The notes under the pieces: generated by a model | Told to the model about the DNA's origin: nothing | The model's database searches: none | Seen by the model: the letters and a program-made list of their open reading frames with translations, nothing else | Program-made: the position numbers and the translations under genes | Assembly (NCBI RefSeq): GCF_036401255.1 | Contig: NZ_DASWVI010000147.1 | Location: 1-60,212, forward strand | From: Nocardioides sp. | Lineage (GTDB): Bacteria; Actinomycetota; Actinomycetes; Propionibacteriales; Nocardioidaceae | Direction: 5' to 3' | DNA length: 60,212 nucleotides | Shown: positions 1-8,633 of the stretch, in pieces | How the letters are laid out: the number at the start of each line of letters is the position of its first letter | Position numbering within the stretch: the stretch's first letter is position 1

Positions 1-375
1 GGCGCCGGTGCGCAGCGCGAAGCTCTTGAGTACGCCGGCCACCGCGTCGACGCGGTCGGGGTCGCGGTGCCGGTGCGCGACCTCGCGGACCGCGGCGTGC
101 ACCGCCTGGGCGACCGGGAGCCGGACCCCCTGGTCGGGCCGCGCCTCGATCTTGCCGGTGCCCCAGGCCCGTCGTACGGCCTGGCCGCGCAGCGCGTTGA
201 GCAGCACGGTCTTGCCGACCCCGCGCAGCCCGGAGAGCACCATGCTGCGCTCCGGCCGGTTGGCGGCCACCCGCTCGAGCGTGACCTCGAACTGCTCGAG
301 CTCCCGGTCGCGCCCGGCGAGCTCCGGTGGCCGCTGGCCCGCCCCGGGGGCGTACGGGTTGCGGATCGGATCCAT
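1..375 (-). CDS. AAA-family ATP-binding protein, N-terminal part (runs off window start)
   Basis: Manual translation MDPIRNPYAPGAGQRPPELAGRDRELEQF...SGLRGVGKTVLLN shows a Walker A motif. TACGGT -10 box lies 7 nt before the ATG. Confidence 0.85.
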   Translation of the reverse strand, partial: MDPIRNPYAPGAGQRPPELAGRDRELEQFEVTLERVAANRPERSMVLSGLRGVGKTVLLNALRGQAVRRAWGTGKIEARPDQGVRLPVAQAVHAAVREVAHRHRDPDRVDAVAGVLKSFALRTGA

Positions 376-417
376 GCTCAGGACCGTATCGGGCCGTCTA
401 GCCGATTCCGTAGACAA

Positions 418-510
418 CGCGCGACACGCCGGCGGGGTTCACCGGCCGGCCGGTGAAACCCGCACGACACGCCGGGGGGGTACGGCGTGTCGTGCGGGTT
501 CTGGCTGACA
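418..510. repeat. REP-like nested palindromic element, family A copy 1
   Basis: Hairpins gggttcaccgg..ccggtgaaaccc and aacccgcacgacacgccg..cggcgtgtcgtgcgggtt. A near-identical inverted copy lies at 22874-22954. Confidence 0.8.
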
Positions 511-547
511 AGTGGCCCTCCGGGGTCTGGCTGATCGCCCAGGTCGG

Positions 548-802
548 TCAGGCGGACTCGGGCGTGCCGAGGCGGTCGCGGGCCTGCTCGTAGGAGCGGA
601 CCAGGCCGGCGCGGAGCATCTCGATCAGCTCGGGCACCTCGTCGATCGCCAGCCGGAAGGAGCCGGCGCAGACGTTCTCGCGCCACAGCGAGAGCACCAC
701 GAGCCCGGACTCCTGGTGCCAGGAGACCCGCAGCGCACGGTCGCCGCCGCGGGCGTCGAGGAAGATCGACCCCGTCTCGGGGAGCGGGCGTACGGCGGGC
801 AC
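548..802 (-). CDS. conserved hypothetical protein
   Basis: GTG start; VPAVRPLPETGSIFLDARGGDRALRVSWH...VVLSLWRENVCAGSFRL, resembling a small actinobacterial protein family. Confidence 0.7.
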   Translation of the reverse strand: MPAVRPLPETGSIFLDARGGDRALRVSWHQESGLVVLSLWRENVCAGSFRLAIDEVPELIEMLRAGLVRSYEQARDRLGTPESA

Positions 803-874
803 GTCTCCATGATGCTCCTCGGCGCCGAACCGTGTCACCGGTTCGCGCAGTCGGCTTCGGGGCACCGGGGACCC

Positions 875-1087
875 ATGAGCAGCCTCGAGATCGCCTGGGG
901 CGTCGCGCTGATCGTCACCCTCGGCGCGCTGCCCGCCGGCATCGTGCGCACGGTCGCCTACCGCTCCGGCGAGATCGACCACACCCGGACCATGCGGATC
1001 GCGGCCACCGTCGCCCTCACGCTGGGCCTGGCCGGGCTGGTCGCGCTCGTCGCGCTCAGCGTCGCGCTCGGCCTCGCACGCGGGTGA
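875..1087 (+). CDS. small two-TM membrane protein
   Basis: MSSLEIAWGVALIVTLGALPAGIV... has two hydrophobic segments and GC3-rich codons. Confidence 0.6.
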   Translation: MSSLEIAWGVALIVTLGALPAGIVRTVAYRSGEIDHTRTMRIAATVALTLGLAGLVALVALSVALGLARG

Positions 1088-1117
1088 CCGTCGGCCCACC
1101 GCCCTACACTCGGTCGC

Positions 1118-1984
1118 GTGCCCGAGCTGCCCGAGGTGGAAGCCCTGGCCCTCGACCTGCGGGGCCGGTTGGACGGCCACGCCATCACCAAGGTCCACGT
1201 CGCGGCGTTCAGCGCGCTGAAGACGTTCGACCCGCCGCTGAGCGCGCTCGAGGGCACGCTGGTCGACGACGTGGGCCGGCACGGCAAGTTCCTCGACATC
1301 GAGGCCTCGGGCCTCCACCTCGTGCTGCACCTGGCCCGCGCCGGCTGGGTCCGCTGGCGCGACGAGGTCCCCGCCGTACCCCCCAAACCCAGCACCAAGT
1401 CGACGCTCGCGGTCCGGGTGGTGCTCGAGGACCAGTCCGGTCTGGACATCACCGAGGCCGGCACCCGCAAGAGCCTCGCGATGTACGTCGTCCGCGACCC
1501 GCTCGACGTCCCGGGCATCGCCAGCCTCGGGCCGGACCCACTGACCGACGAGTTCACGATCGAGGCGTTCCGGGAGATCCTCGAGCGCGAGGGCCGCAAG
1601 CAGCTCAAGGGCGTGCTGCGCCACCAGGGCACGATCGCCGGCATCGGCAACGCCTACTCCGACGAGATCCTGCACGCGGCGCGGATGTCGCCGTTCAAGC
1701 CGGCCGGTGGCCTCACCGACGACGAGCTGCAGATCCTGTACGACGCGCTGCGCACCACCCTCGGCGACGCGGTCGACCGGTCCCGCGGGCTCGCCGCGAG
1801 CGAGCTCAAGGGCGAGAAGAAGTCCCACCTCGCGGTGCACGGCCGCACCGGCCAGCCCTGCCCGGTGTGCGGCGACACGGTGCGCGAGGTGTCGTTCGCC
1901 GACTCGAGCCTGCAGTACTGCCCCACCTGCCAGACCGGCGGCAAGCCCCTGGCCGACCGCCGGCTCAGCAGGCTGCTGAAATAG
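1118..1984 (+). CDS. Fpg/Nei family DNA glycosylase
   Basis: N-terminal PELPEVE, H2TH motif GIGNAYSDEIL, C-terminal CPVC...CPTCQ zinc finger. TACACT -10 box 7 nt upstream. Confidence 0.95.
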   Translation: MPELPEVEALALDLRGRLDGHAITKVHVAAFSALKTFDPPLSALEGTLVDDVGRHGKFLDIEASGLHLVLHLARAGWVRWRDEVPAVPPKPSTKSTLAVRVVLEDQSGLDITEAGTRKSLAMYVVRDPLDVPGIASLGPDPLTDEFTIEAFREILEREGRKQLKGVLRHQGTIAGIGNAYSDEILHAARMSPFKPAGGLTDDELQILYDALRTTLGDAVDRSRGLAASELKGEKKSHLAVHGRTGQPCPVCGDTVREVSFADSSLQYCPTCQTGGKPLADRRLSRLLK

Positions 1985-1994
1985 CCTTGTCCGG

Positions 1995-2330
1995 GTGAAC
2001 CAGATCCCGACCGTCTCCGTCGCCGGCGTCCCCGACCCCCTGCCCCAGGGCCTGGTGGTGCTCGACGTCCGCGACCCCGCCGAGTGGCAGCACGGCCACG
2101 TCGAGGGCGCCGTCCACATCCCGCTGTCGTTGCTGCCCCTGCGCCACACCGAGCTGCCCAGCGCCCAGATGCTCGTGGTGTGCCGCGTCGGCGGACGCTC
2201 CGCTCAGGCGGTCGCCTGGCTCCAGCGGCAGGGCCGCGACGCCGTCAACCTCAGCGGCGGACTGGTCGAGTGGGAGGCGGCCGGACGCGCGTTGGTGAGC
2301 GAGACCGGCCGGCCTCCCCAGGTCGTCTGA
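1995..2330 (+). CDS. rhodanese-like domain protein
   Basis: LDVRDPAEWQHGHVEGAVHIP, CRVGGRS active-site loop, NLSGGLVEW. Confidence 0.9.
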   Translation: MNQIPTVSVAGVPDPLPQGLVVLDVRDPAEWQHGHVEGAVHIPLSLLPLRHTELPSAQMLVVCRVGGRSAQAVAWLQRQGRDAVNLSGGLVEWEAAGRALVSETGRPPQVV

Positions 2331-2346
2331 CCCGGCAGCCCGGCCG

Positions 2347-2901
2347 CTACGGGCTGGCCGTCAGGTCGCTCATCTCGGAGGCGAGGTCGGACATCATCGA
2401 CTCCAGGTCCGAGGGGTCCATGCTCGGCAGGTCCGACGGGTCGATGCTGGGCAGGTCGGACGGGTCGATGCTCGGCAGGCCCGGGAGGTCGATCGGGCAG
2501 TTCTCCTCGGTCCAGGCGCTGAACGCCTCTCCGTCGGCCTGGTCGGCGTCGCTGAAGTCCTCGCCGAGCTTCTCGAGGTCCGCGAGGGTGGCGTCCTCGT
2601 CGAGGTTCTGGGCCTGCTCGACGAACAGCTCGAAGCCCCGACGGGCGTCCTCGGGCATGTCGCTCGGCGTACCGATGTCCTCCATGTCGCCGGCCCAGTC
2701 CTTGAGCGCCGTGATCATCGCCGAGGAGTCACCGGTGGTGGCCTGGGCGAGGACCTTCTCGAAGAGTCCGTTGAAGCCCTCGCAGAAGTCGTCCTTCGAC
2801 GCGTCGTCCGGCGCCGCGCTGCCCGAGCCCCCGTCGCTGCCGCCGCACGCGGTGAGCGAGGCGGCCAGGGCCAGACCCGCCAGGATCCGTAGTGCTCTCA
2901 T
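2347..2901 (-). CDS. acidic lipoprotein with C-terminal PS(I/M)DPSDL repeats
   Basis: Lipobox LAASLTAC; two further Cys (DFC, ENC); three 8-aa repeats. Confidence 0.75.
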   Translation of the reverse strand: MRALRILAGLALAASLTACGGSDGGSGSAAPDDASKDDFCEGFNGLFEKVLAQATTGDSSAMITALKDWAGDMEDIGTPSDMPEDARRGFELFVEQAQNLDEDATLADLEKLGEDFSDADQADGEAFSAWTEENCPIDLPGLPSIDPSDLPSIDPSDLPSMDPSDLESMMSDLASEMSDLTASP

Positions 2902-2959
2902 GGGTCCGTCTCCCGTCTCGGTTGGTGCGCCGGCGCTTCCCCGTCCGCCGGCGTCGTCC

Positions 2960-3676
2960 TCATGCTCCACCCCCGACCGGTGGTTCGGACAGGGCGAGCG
3001 CCTGTGGGATCGGCAACGCGAGCGCGCGGCGCAGCGCGCCGAGGTACGCCGCGCGCGGGATCTCGACCGCGCCGAGCGAGGCCAGGTGGGGCGTCAGCCA
3101 CTGGACGTCGAGCAGCCGGTCGGCGGCCCACTCGTCGCCGAGCACCTCGACCAGCCCGACGAGGGCCACCTTCGACGCGTCCCGCTCACGGTGGAACATC
3201 GACTCGCCGGCGAACAGCCCGCCGATCGCCACGCCGTACAGCCCCCCGGTGAGCCGGCCCTCGTGCCACACCTCCACCGAGTGCGCCCAGCCGAGCTCGT
3301 GCAACCGCAGGTAGGCCGCGCGGATGTCGTCGTCGATCCAGCCACCGGGCCGTCGCGGGTCGGCGCAGCCGGCGAGCACCTCCTCGAAGGCGGTGTCGAT
3401 GCGGATCTCGGCGCGTCGGCGCGCCTGGCGCAGCGACCGGGACACCCGCAGCCCGTCGAGCGGCAGCACACCGCGACGCAGCGGGCAGAACCACGCCATC
3501 GGGTCGCGCGGTCCCCCCGCGGGCATCGGGAACAGGCCGTGGCGGTACGCCGCCAGCAGCGTGCCGGGCTCGAGGTCGGCCCCGATCGCGACCAGGTCGT
3601 CCTCGGGGAGCGGCTCGCTGCGCGGGTCCGCGAACGCCCAGCGCGACGGCGGCGGCTCCTCGGGCGGCACGGGCAC
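2960..3676 (-). CDS. aat: leucyl/phenylalanyl-tRNA--protein transferase
   Basis: LLAAYRHGLFPM, GWAHSVEVW, GGLYGVAIGGLFAGESMFH, DVQWLTPHLASLGA. Confidence 0.95.
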   Translation of the reverse strand: MPVPPEEPPPSRWAFADPRSEPLPEDDLVAIGADLEPGTLLAAYRHGLFPMPAGGPRDPMAWFCPLRRGVLPLDGLRVSRSLRQARRRAEIRIDTAFEEVLAGCADPRRPGGWIDDDIRAAYLRLHELGWAHSVEVWHEGRLTGGLYGVAIGGLFAGESMFHRERDASKVALVGLVEVLGDEWAADRLLDVQWLTPHLASLGAVEIPRAAYLGALRRALALPIPQALALSEPPVGGGA

Positions 3677-3714
3677 GGGTCGACCGTAGCCGTCCGGTCC
3701 GTACCATCGGGCCC

Positions 3715-4416
3715 ATGAGCGCCAACCGGAGCGGCGGGATCACCGGTCGCCTGGTGCACAAGCACCTCGCCCCACGGGTGCCGCACCTGGCTCCCGACGT
3801 GACGGCGTCGTTCGTCCGCGAGGCGCTCCAGCGCGCGATCCACGGCGTCGGGCCGCTGCCGCCCGCCGCGGAGGCCGCCGACAAGCAGCTGCGCGAGCAG
3901 CACGGCGACCACGACCGCGCGGTGCGCGAGGTCATCGAGAACCACGTCCGGTACGCCGGCGCCCAGGGGCTGCTGACCGGCGTCGGCGGCGTGGTCACCG
4001 CGGCGTTCGCGATCCCCGCGAACCTCACCGGCCTGGCACTGGTCCAGGCCCGGATGGTCGCCGGGATCGCCCACCTGCGCGGCTACGACCTCGACGACGC
4101 GCGGGTCCGCAACGCCGTGCTGGCCTGCATGCTCGGCCGCGACACCGTCGACCGGCTGATCAAGGAGCGCAAGCTGCCGGCCCCACCGATGGCGATCGCG
4201 ACAGCGCCGGTGCACGATCCGCAGCTCGACCGGGTGCTGTCCGCGGAGGTGACCTCCGACCTGGTGACCCGGGTGGCCGGCAAGCGGCTGGCGATCACCG
4301 TCGCCCGGCGTACCCCCGTCGTCGGCGGGGCGTTCGGGATGGGCGCGGACGGTCTCGCGACCTGGCGCATCGGCCGGTACGCCGACCGCGAGCTGCGCCG
4401 GCGGCCGCGGGCCTGA
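3715..4416 (+). CDS. EcsC family protein
   Basis: QGLLTGVGG...IPANLTGLALVQARMVAGIAHLRGYDL...PVVGGAFGMGAD pattern. Confidence 0.75.
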   Translation: MSANRSGGITGRLVHKHLAPRVPHLAPDVTASFVREALQRAIHGVGPLPPAAEAADKQLREQHGDHDRAVREVIENHVRYAGAQGLLTGVGGVVTAAFAIPANLTGLALVQARMVAGIAHLRGYDLDDARVRNAVLACMLGRDTVDRLIKERKLPAPPMAIATAPVHDPQLDRVLSAEVTSDLVTRVAGKRLAITVARRTPVVGGAFGMGADGLATWRIGRYADRELRRRPRA

Positions 4417-4419
4417 GCC

Positions 4420-5541
4420 TCAGTCGCCGCGCAGCCGCTGCGCCTGGGCGCGGACCCGGTGGGTGAGCTGCCGCTCCGGGTCGGGTCGGCGAGCCGCCTC
4501 GCGGGTCATCGCGGCGAGGGCGTCGAGCGCGGTCGCGAGCTGCCGCTTCGCACGGACCCGGTCGGGGTCGTGCCACTCCTGGTCGGCGGGCGGGCGCACC
4601 GGGCGCAGCTCGGCCACGTCGCCGAGGACGTGCACGCCGCTGCCCTCGATCCACTCGATCCAGCGCTCGGCGCGCTCCTCGGCCCAGTCGTAGCGGTCGG
4701 GGGGCAGCCGCACGGCGGCGGAGGCGCGCTTGACCAGCTCCCCCTGGGCGAGGAGGTCACGGATCAACGCGTCGTAGGTCGACTCCCGCCGCGCCGAGCG
4801 CTCCATGCGCCGGTTGAGCTGCCGGATCACCTGGGTCTCGGCCATCCCGAGAGAGCGGTTCGAGCGGTCGCTGTCGAGCGGGGCCCAGGCGGGGTCGATG
4901 CCGAGGACCTCGCACATCCGCAGCCAGAGCCGGTCGTCGTGCTGGGTCTGGGTCGGACCCGGCACCCGCGGCTGGGTCTGGGAGTGCGGCACGGTCACGA
5001 CGTGCACGTGCTCGGGGGGCAGGCCCGCCGCCCAGGTGCCGAGCACCCGCGGCAGGTCGAAGGCCCGGTAGAACCAGGTGCGGCCCTTCTCCGAGCGGTC
5101 CAGGAAGCGCCGGTAGGTCCAGCGCCGGCCCTGCTTGATGCTCTCCTGCCAGGCCGCCGGCAGCTGCCGCGCGAGGTCGCGGGCCGTGTAGACGATGTGG
5201 ATCTCGCTGCCGGCGAGGTCGCGCATCGCGCGCGCGACCTGGCCGGGAGCCGCCGGCGCCAGGATCTCGTGGCTGACGATCACGGTCCCCGAGCGCCGCT
5301 TGACCCTGCGGACCAGCGCCTCCCAGCTGCCCTCGGCGTGCCCGGGCGGGCCGCCCCAGTCCTGGCCGAGCAGGTCGAGCGCCGCGCGGAAGTGGAACAG
5401 GCCGGGGCTGACCAGCGGCGAGCCGGTCGGCAGGTGCACCCCGTGGTCGGCCAGCGTCTTGGCGTTCAGCGCCAGCCGGTCCTGCAGGTAGGTCGTCCCC
5501 GTCTTCGGCGCACCGATGTGCAGGTAGACCTTCCGGCTCAT
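4420..5541 (-). CDS. sulfotransferase-like P-loop protein
   Basis: N-terminal LHIGAPKTGTTYLQ (PAPS-binding-like), SHEIL, RDLARQLPAAWQESIK. Confidence 0.75.
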   Translation of the reverse strand: MSRKVYLHIGAPKTGTTYLQDRLALNAKTLADHGVHLPTGSPLVSPGLFHFRAALDLLGQDWGGPPGHAEGSWEALVRRVKRRSGTVIVSHEILAPAAPGQVARAMRDLAGSEIHIVYTARDLARQLPAAWQESIKQGRRWTYRRFLDRSEKGRTWFYRAFDLPRVLGTWAAGLPPEHVHVVTVPHSQTQPRVPGPTQTQHDDRLWLRMCEVLGIDPAWAPLDSDRSNRSLGMAETQVIRQLNRRMERSARRESTYDALIRDLLAQGELVKRASAAVRLPPDRYDWAEERAERWIEWIEGSGVHVLGDVAELRPVRPPADQEWHDPDRVRAKRQLATALDALAAMTREAARRPDPERQLTHRVRAQAQRLRGD

Positions 5542-5571
5542 GGCGCCGATTGTGCCGCAGCCCCCGCGCAC

Positions 5572-5650
5572 CGCTGTAACGCGGGGTTAGCGGATCTGGT
5601 GACCCTGTTGTAAGGGGGTTCCTAGATCCAACAACCCCGCGTTACAAGCG
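5572..5650. repeat. long imperfect inverted repeat, family B copy 1
   Basis: cgctgtaacgcggggtt ... aaccccgcgttacaagcg with internal pairing and a TGTTGTA loop. A related element lies at 49698-49774. Confidence 0.75.
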
Positions 5651-5663
5651 AGGGGACGAGGGG

Positions 5664-6596
5664 TCAGCGGGCGGACGGGGCCAGCGCCCGGACGACGGCG
5701 GAGGGGCTGGGGCGGCCCAGGTGGCCGGCCATCCACACGCTGGTGGCGGCGACCTCCTCGAGGTCGACGCCGGTCTCGATGCCGAGCCCGTTCAGCATCC
5801 ACACGAGGTCCTCGGTGGCGAGGTTGCCGGTCGCGCTCTTGGCGTACGGGCACCCGCCCAGGCCGCCGGCGCTGGCGTCGTACGTCGTGATGCCGGCGTG
5901 CAGCGCCGCGTAGGTGTTCGCGAGCGCCTGGCCGTAGGTGTCGTGGAAGTGCATCGCGAGCCGGTCGGCGCCCAGCCCGGCCTCGTCGAAGGCGCGGACC
6001 AGCGCGGTCACGTGGCCGGCGGTGCCGACGCCGATGGTGTCGCCGATGCTCAGCTGGCTGGCGCCGAGGTCGAAGAGCCGCTTGCCGACGCCGACGACCT
6101 GCTCGATCGGCACCGCGCCCTCCCACGGGTCGCCGAAGCACATGCTGACGTAGGCGCGCACGTCGAGGCCGGCGTCGCGAGCGCGGCGCACGGTGGGCTC
6201 GAACATCGCGAACTGCTCGTCGAGGCTCCGGTTGAGGTTCTTCTGGGCGAAGGTCTCGGTGGCCGAGCCGAAGATCGCGATGTGGCGTACGCCCAGCTCC
6301 AGGGCCCGGTCGAGCCCGCGCTCGTTGGGCACCAGCACCGGGCAGTCGCGACCGGCCGGTCCGAGCAGGCCGATCAGCTCCGCGGCGTCCGCGAGCTGGG
6401 GCACCCACGTGGGGTGGACGAAGCTGGTGGCCTCGACGATCGGCAGGCCGGCGTCGACGAGGCGTCGCACGAACTCGGCCTTGACCTCGGTCGGCACCAG
6501 CGCCTTCTCGTTCTGCAGGCCGTCGCGGGGCCCGACCTCGTAGATCGTGACCCGGTCGGGCAGCCCCGGGGCGGGGATCACCGTGGGCGTGCGCAT
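5664..6596 (-). CDS. hydroxymethylglutaryl-CoA lyase
   Basis: EVGPRDGLQNE, HFHDTYG, GGLGGCPYAKSATGNLATED. Start overlaps upstream stop (TGATG). Confidence 0.95.
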   Translation of the reverse strand: MRTPTVIPAPGLPDRVTIYEVGPRDGLQNEKALVPTEVKAEFVRRLVDAGLPIVEATSFVHPTWVPQLADAAELIGLLGPAGRDCPVLVPNERGLDRALELGVRHIAIFGSATETFAQKNLNRSLDEQFAMFEPTVRRARDAGLDVRAYVSMCFGDPWEGAVPIEQVVGVGKRLFDLGASQLSIGDTIGVGTAGHVTALVRAFDEAGLGADRLAMHFHDTYGQALANTYAALHAGITTYDASAGGLGGCPYAKSATGNLATEDLVWMLNGLGIETGVDLEEVAATSVWMAGHLGRPSPSAVVRALAPSAR

Positions 6597-8503
6597 CAGT
6601 CCTCCATCTCCACCGGGGCCTCCGCCGTCTCCACCAGGAACAGCCGGTCGCCCAGCGCCACCTGGGCACCGGTCGTGGCGTGCACCTGCCGCACGACACC
6701 GTCGAACGGCGCCTTGAGGCTCAGCTCCATCTTCATCGCCTCCAGCACGCCGAGCACCTCGCCCGCAGCCACCGGAGCGCCGGGCTCGACCCGGACGTCG
6801 AGGACGGTGCCCGGCATCGGCGCGGTGATCGCGCCGTCGCCGACGTCGACCGCCTGATCGCCGAACACGTCGGGGCGGTCGAAGACGAAGCGCTGACCGC
6901 GCAGCGCGACCTCCGCGGTGTGCGGCTGGACGTTGACGACGGCCGAGTGCAGCCGGCCGTCGATCTCGAGGGTCAGCACGTGGTTCTCCGCCGACACCTG
7001 CCGGACCGGCAGGTCGTCGACGCGCCCGGCGTGCCGGTCGACGACGACCGGCCGGTCGAGCTCGACGATCGTGGGCGCCGGGTCGGCGCCGGAGCGCCAG
7101 CCGTCGGCCTGGAACGGCTGCCCGGCATCGGTGCCGGCCGCGAGCATCGCGCTGACCCACGCCACGAACACCCGCGGCAGCTCGTCATCGGGCGCAGGGA
7201 CGGTGTGCCGGTCGAGCCAGGCGGTGTCGATCGTCGCGTCGCGGAACTCCTCGCTCGCGACGAGCGCGCGCAGGAAGCCCGTGTTGGTCGTCAGGCCGAG
7301 GATCGCGGTCCGGTCGAGGGCGTCGACGAGCGCCCGGCGCGCGGTCTCCCGGTCGGGGCCGTGGACGATGACCTTGCCGAGCATCGGGTCGTACGACGTG
7401 CTGACGACCTGCTCCGGCTCGAGCGCGTGGTCCACGCGCTGGTCCGGCGGCCACCGCACGATCGACGTCCGGCCCGCCTGGGGCAGGAACCCGCCGAAGG
7501 AGTCCTCGGCGTACACCCGCGCCTCGATCGCGTGCCCCGAGGCGCCTACGTCGGCCTGGGTGATCGGCAGCGGCTCGCCGTCGGCGATGCGGAGCTGCAG
7601 CTCGACCAGGTCGAGACCAGTGATGGCCTCGGTGACGGGATGCTCGACCTGCAGCCGCGTGTTCATCTCCAGGAAGTAGGCCTCGCCGGTGCTGTCGTCG
7701 AGGAGGAACTCCACGGTCCCGGCGTTGCGGTAGCCCACGTGCGCGGCGAGCGCGACCGCACTGGAGGTGACGAGCTCGCGCACCTCGGGCGTGATCGTGG
7801 GGGCCGGCGCCTCCTCGAGGACCTTCTGGTGGCGGCGCTGGGTCGAGCAGTCGCGCTCGAAGAGGTGCACGACGTTGCCGTGGGCGTCGGCCATCACCTG
7901 GACCTCGATGTGGCGGCCGCGCTCGACGTACTTCTCGATGAGCAGCGTGTCGTCGCCGAACGCGCTGAGCGCCTCACGCGCCGCCGCGGCCTTCGCCTCC
8001 TCGAGCTCGGCCTCCTCACGGACGATGCGCATGCCCTTGCCGCCACCGCCCGCGGCGGCCTTCACCAGCACCGGATAGTCGGTGGTTGAGGAAGGCGCGC
8101 TAGCGCCTGTCTCGAAACCACCCCACGACGGGACGACCGGCACCCCGGCGGCGACCGCGATCTCGCGCGCCGCGTCCTTGCGGCCCATCGCGTCCATGAC
8201 GTCGGCCGATGGCCCGACGAGCGTGATGCCCGCGGCCTCCAGCGCCCGGGCGAACGCGGCCCGCTCGGAGAGGAAGCCGTAGCCGGGGTGCACCGCGTCG
8301 GCACCGGCCCGCTTCGCCACGGCGACGACCTCGTCGACGTCGAGGTAGCTCGCGACCCGGAACGCGTCGTCGGCGGCCCGGACGTGGGGTGCGGTCCGAT
8401 CGAGGTCGGAGTAGATCGCGACCGTGCGGATGCCGAGGCGGGCGGCGGTGCGTATGACCCGCAGCGCGATCTCGCCCCGGTTGGCAACTAGCAGAGTCTT
8501 CAT
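6596..8503 (-). CDS. acyl-CoA (probably 3-methylcrotonyl-CoA) carboxylase alpha subunit, biotin carboxylase + BCCP
   Basis: LVANRGEIA, HPGYGFLSE, GGGGKGMR, EMNTRLQVEHPVTE, biotinylation motif EAMKME. Confidence 0.95.
   Translation of the reverse strand: MKTLLVANRGEIALRVIRTAARLGIRTVAIYSDLDRTAPHVRAADDAFRVASYLDVDEVVAVAKRAGADAVHPGYGFLSERAAFARALEAAGITLVGPSADVMDAMGRKDAAREIAVAAGVPVVPSWGGFETGASAPSSTTDYPVLVKAAAGGGGKGMRIVREEAELEEAKAAAAREALSAFGDDTLLIEKYVERGRHIEVQVMADAHGNVVHLFERDCSTQRRHQKVLEEAPAPTITPEVRELVTSSAVALAAHVGYRNAGTVEFLLDDSTGEAYFLEMNTRLQVEHPVTEAITGLDLVELQLRIADGEPLPITQADVGASGHAIEARVYAEDSFGGFLPQAGRTSIVRWPPDQRVDHALEPEQVVSTSYDPMLGKVIVHGPDRETARRALVDALDRTAILGLTTNTGFLRALVASEEFRDATIDTAWLDRHTVPAPDDELPRVFVAWVSAMLAAGTDAGQPFQADGWRSGADPAPTIVELDRPVVVDRHAGRVDDLPVRQVSAENHVLTLEIDGRLHSAVVNVQPHTAEVALRGQRFVFDRPDVFGDQAVDVGDGAITAPMPGTVLDVRVEPGAPVAAGEVLGVLEAMKMELSLKAPFDGVVRQVHATTGAQVALGDRLFLVETAEAPVEMED
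8081..8122 (-). repeat. REP-like palindromic element (family C) in frame within the carboxylase alpha CDS
   Basis: 42 nt GGTGGTTTCGAGACAGGCGCTAGCGCGCCTTCCTCAACCACC, translated GGFETGASAPSSTT. Confidence 0.8.
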
Positions 8504-8531
8504 GCGTGGTCCTCGATCCGCCTGACTATTG

Positions 8532-8619
8532 GATTTCGACGCGCCCGTTGCGGCCTCGTCCCTCGGCCGCAGGGCTTGCTCAATCTGGCCGCGCCCACGC
8601 GCCGCGCTCGTCCCTCGCG
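8532..8619 (+). repeat. intergenic REP-like hairpins related to family C
   Basis: GATTTCGAC..gccc..tgcggcc TCGTCCCTC ggccgca gggc..GCTCAATC, plus a second CTCGTCCCTCG unit at about 8603-8619. Confidence 0.55.
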
Positions 8620-8633
8620 CGTCACTGCGCGTC

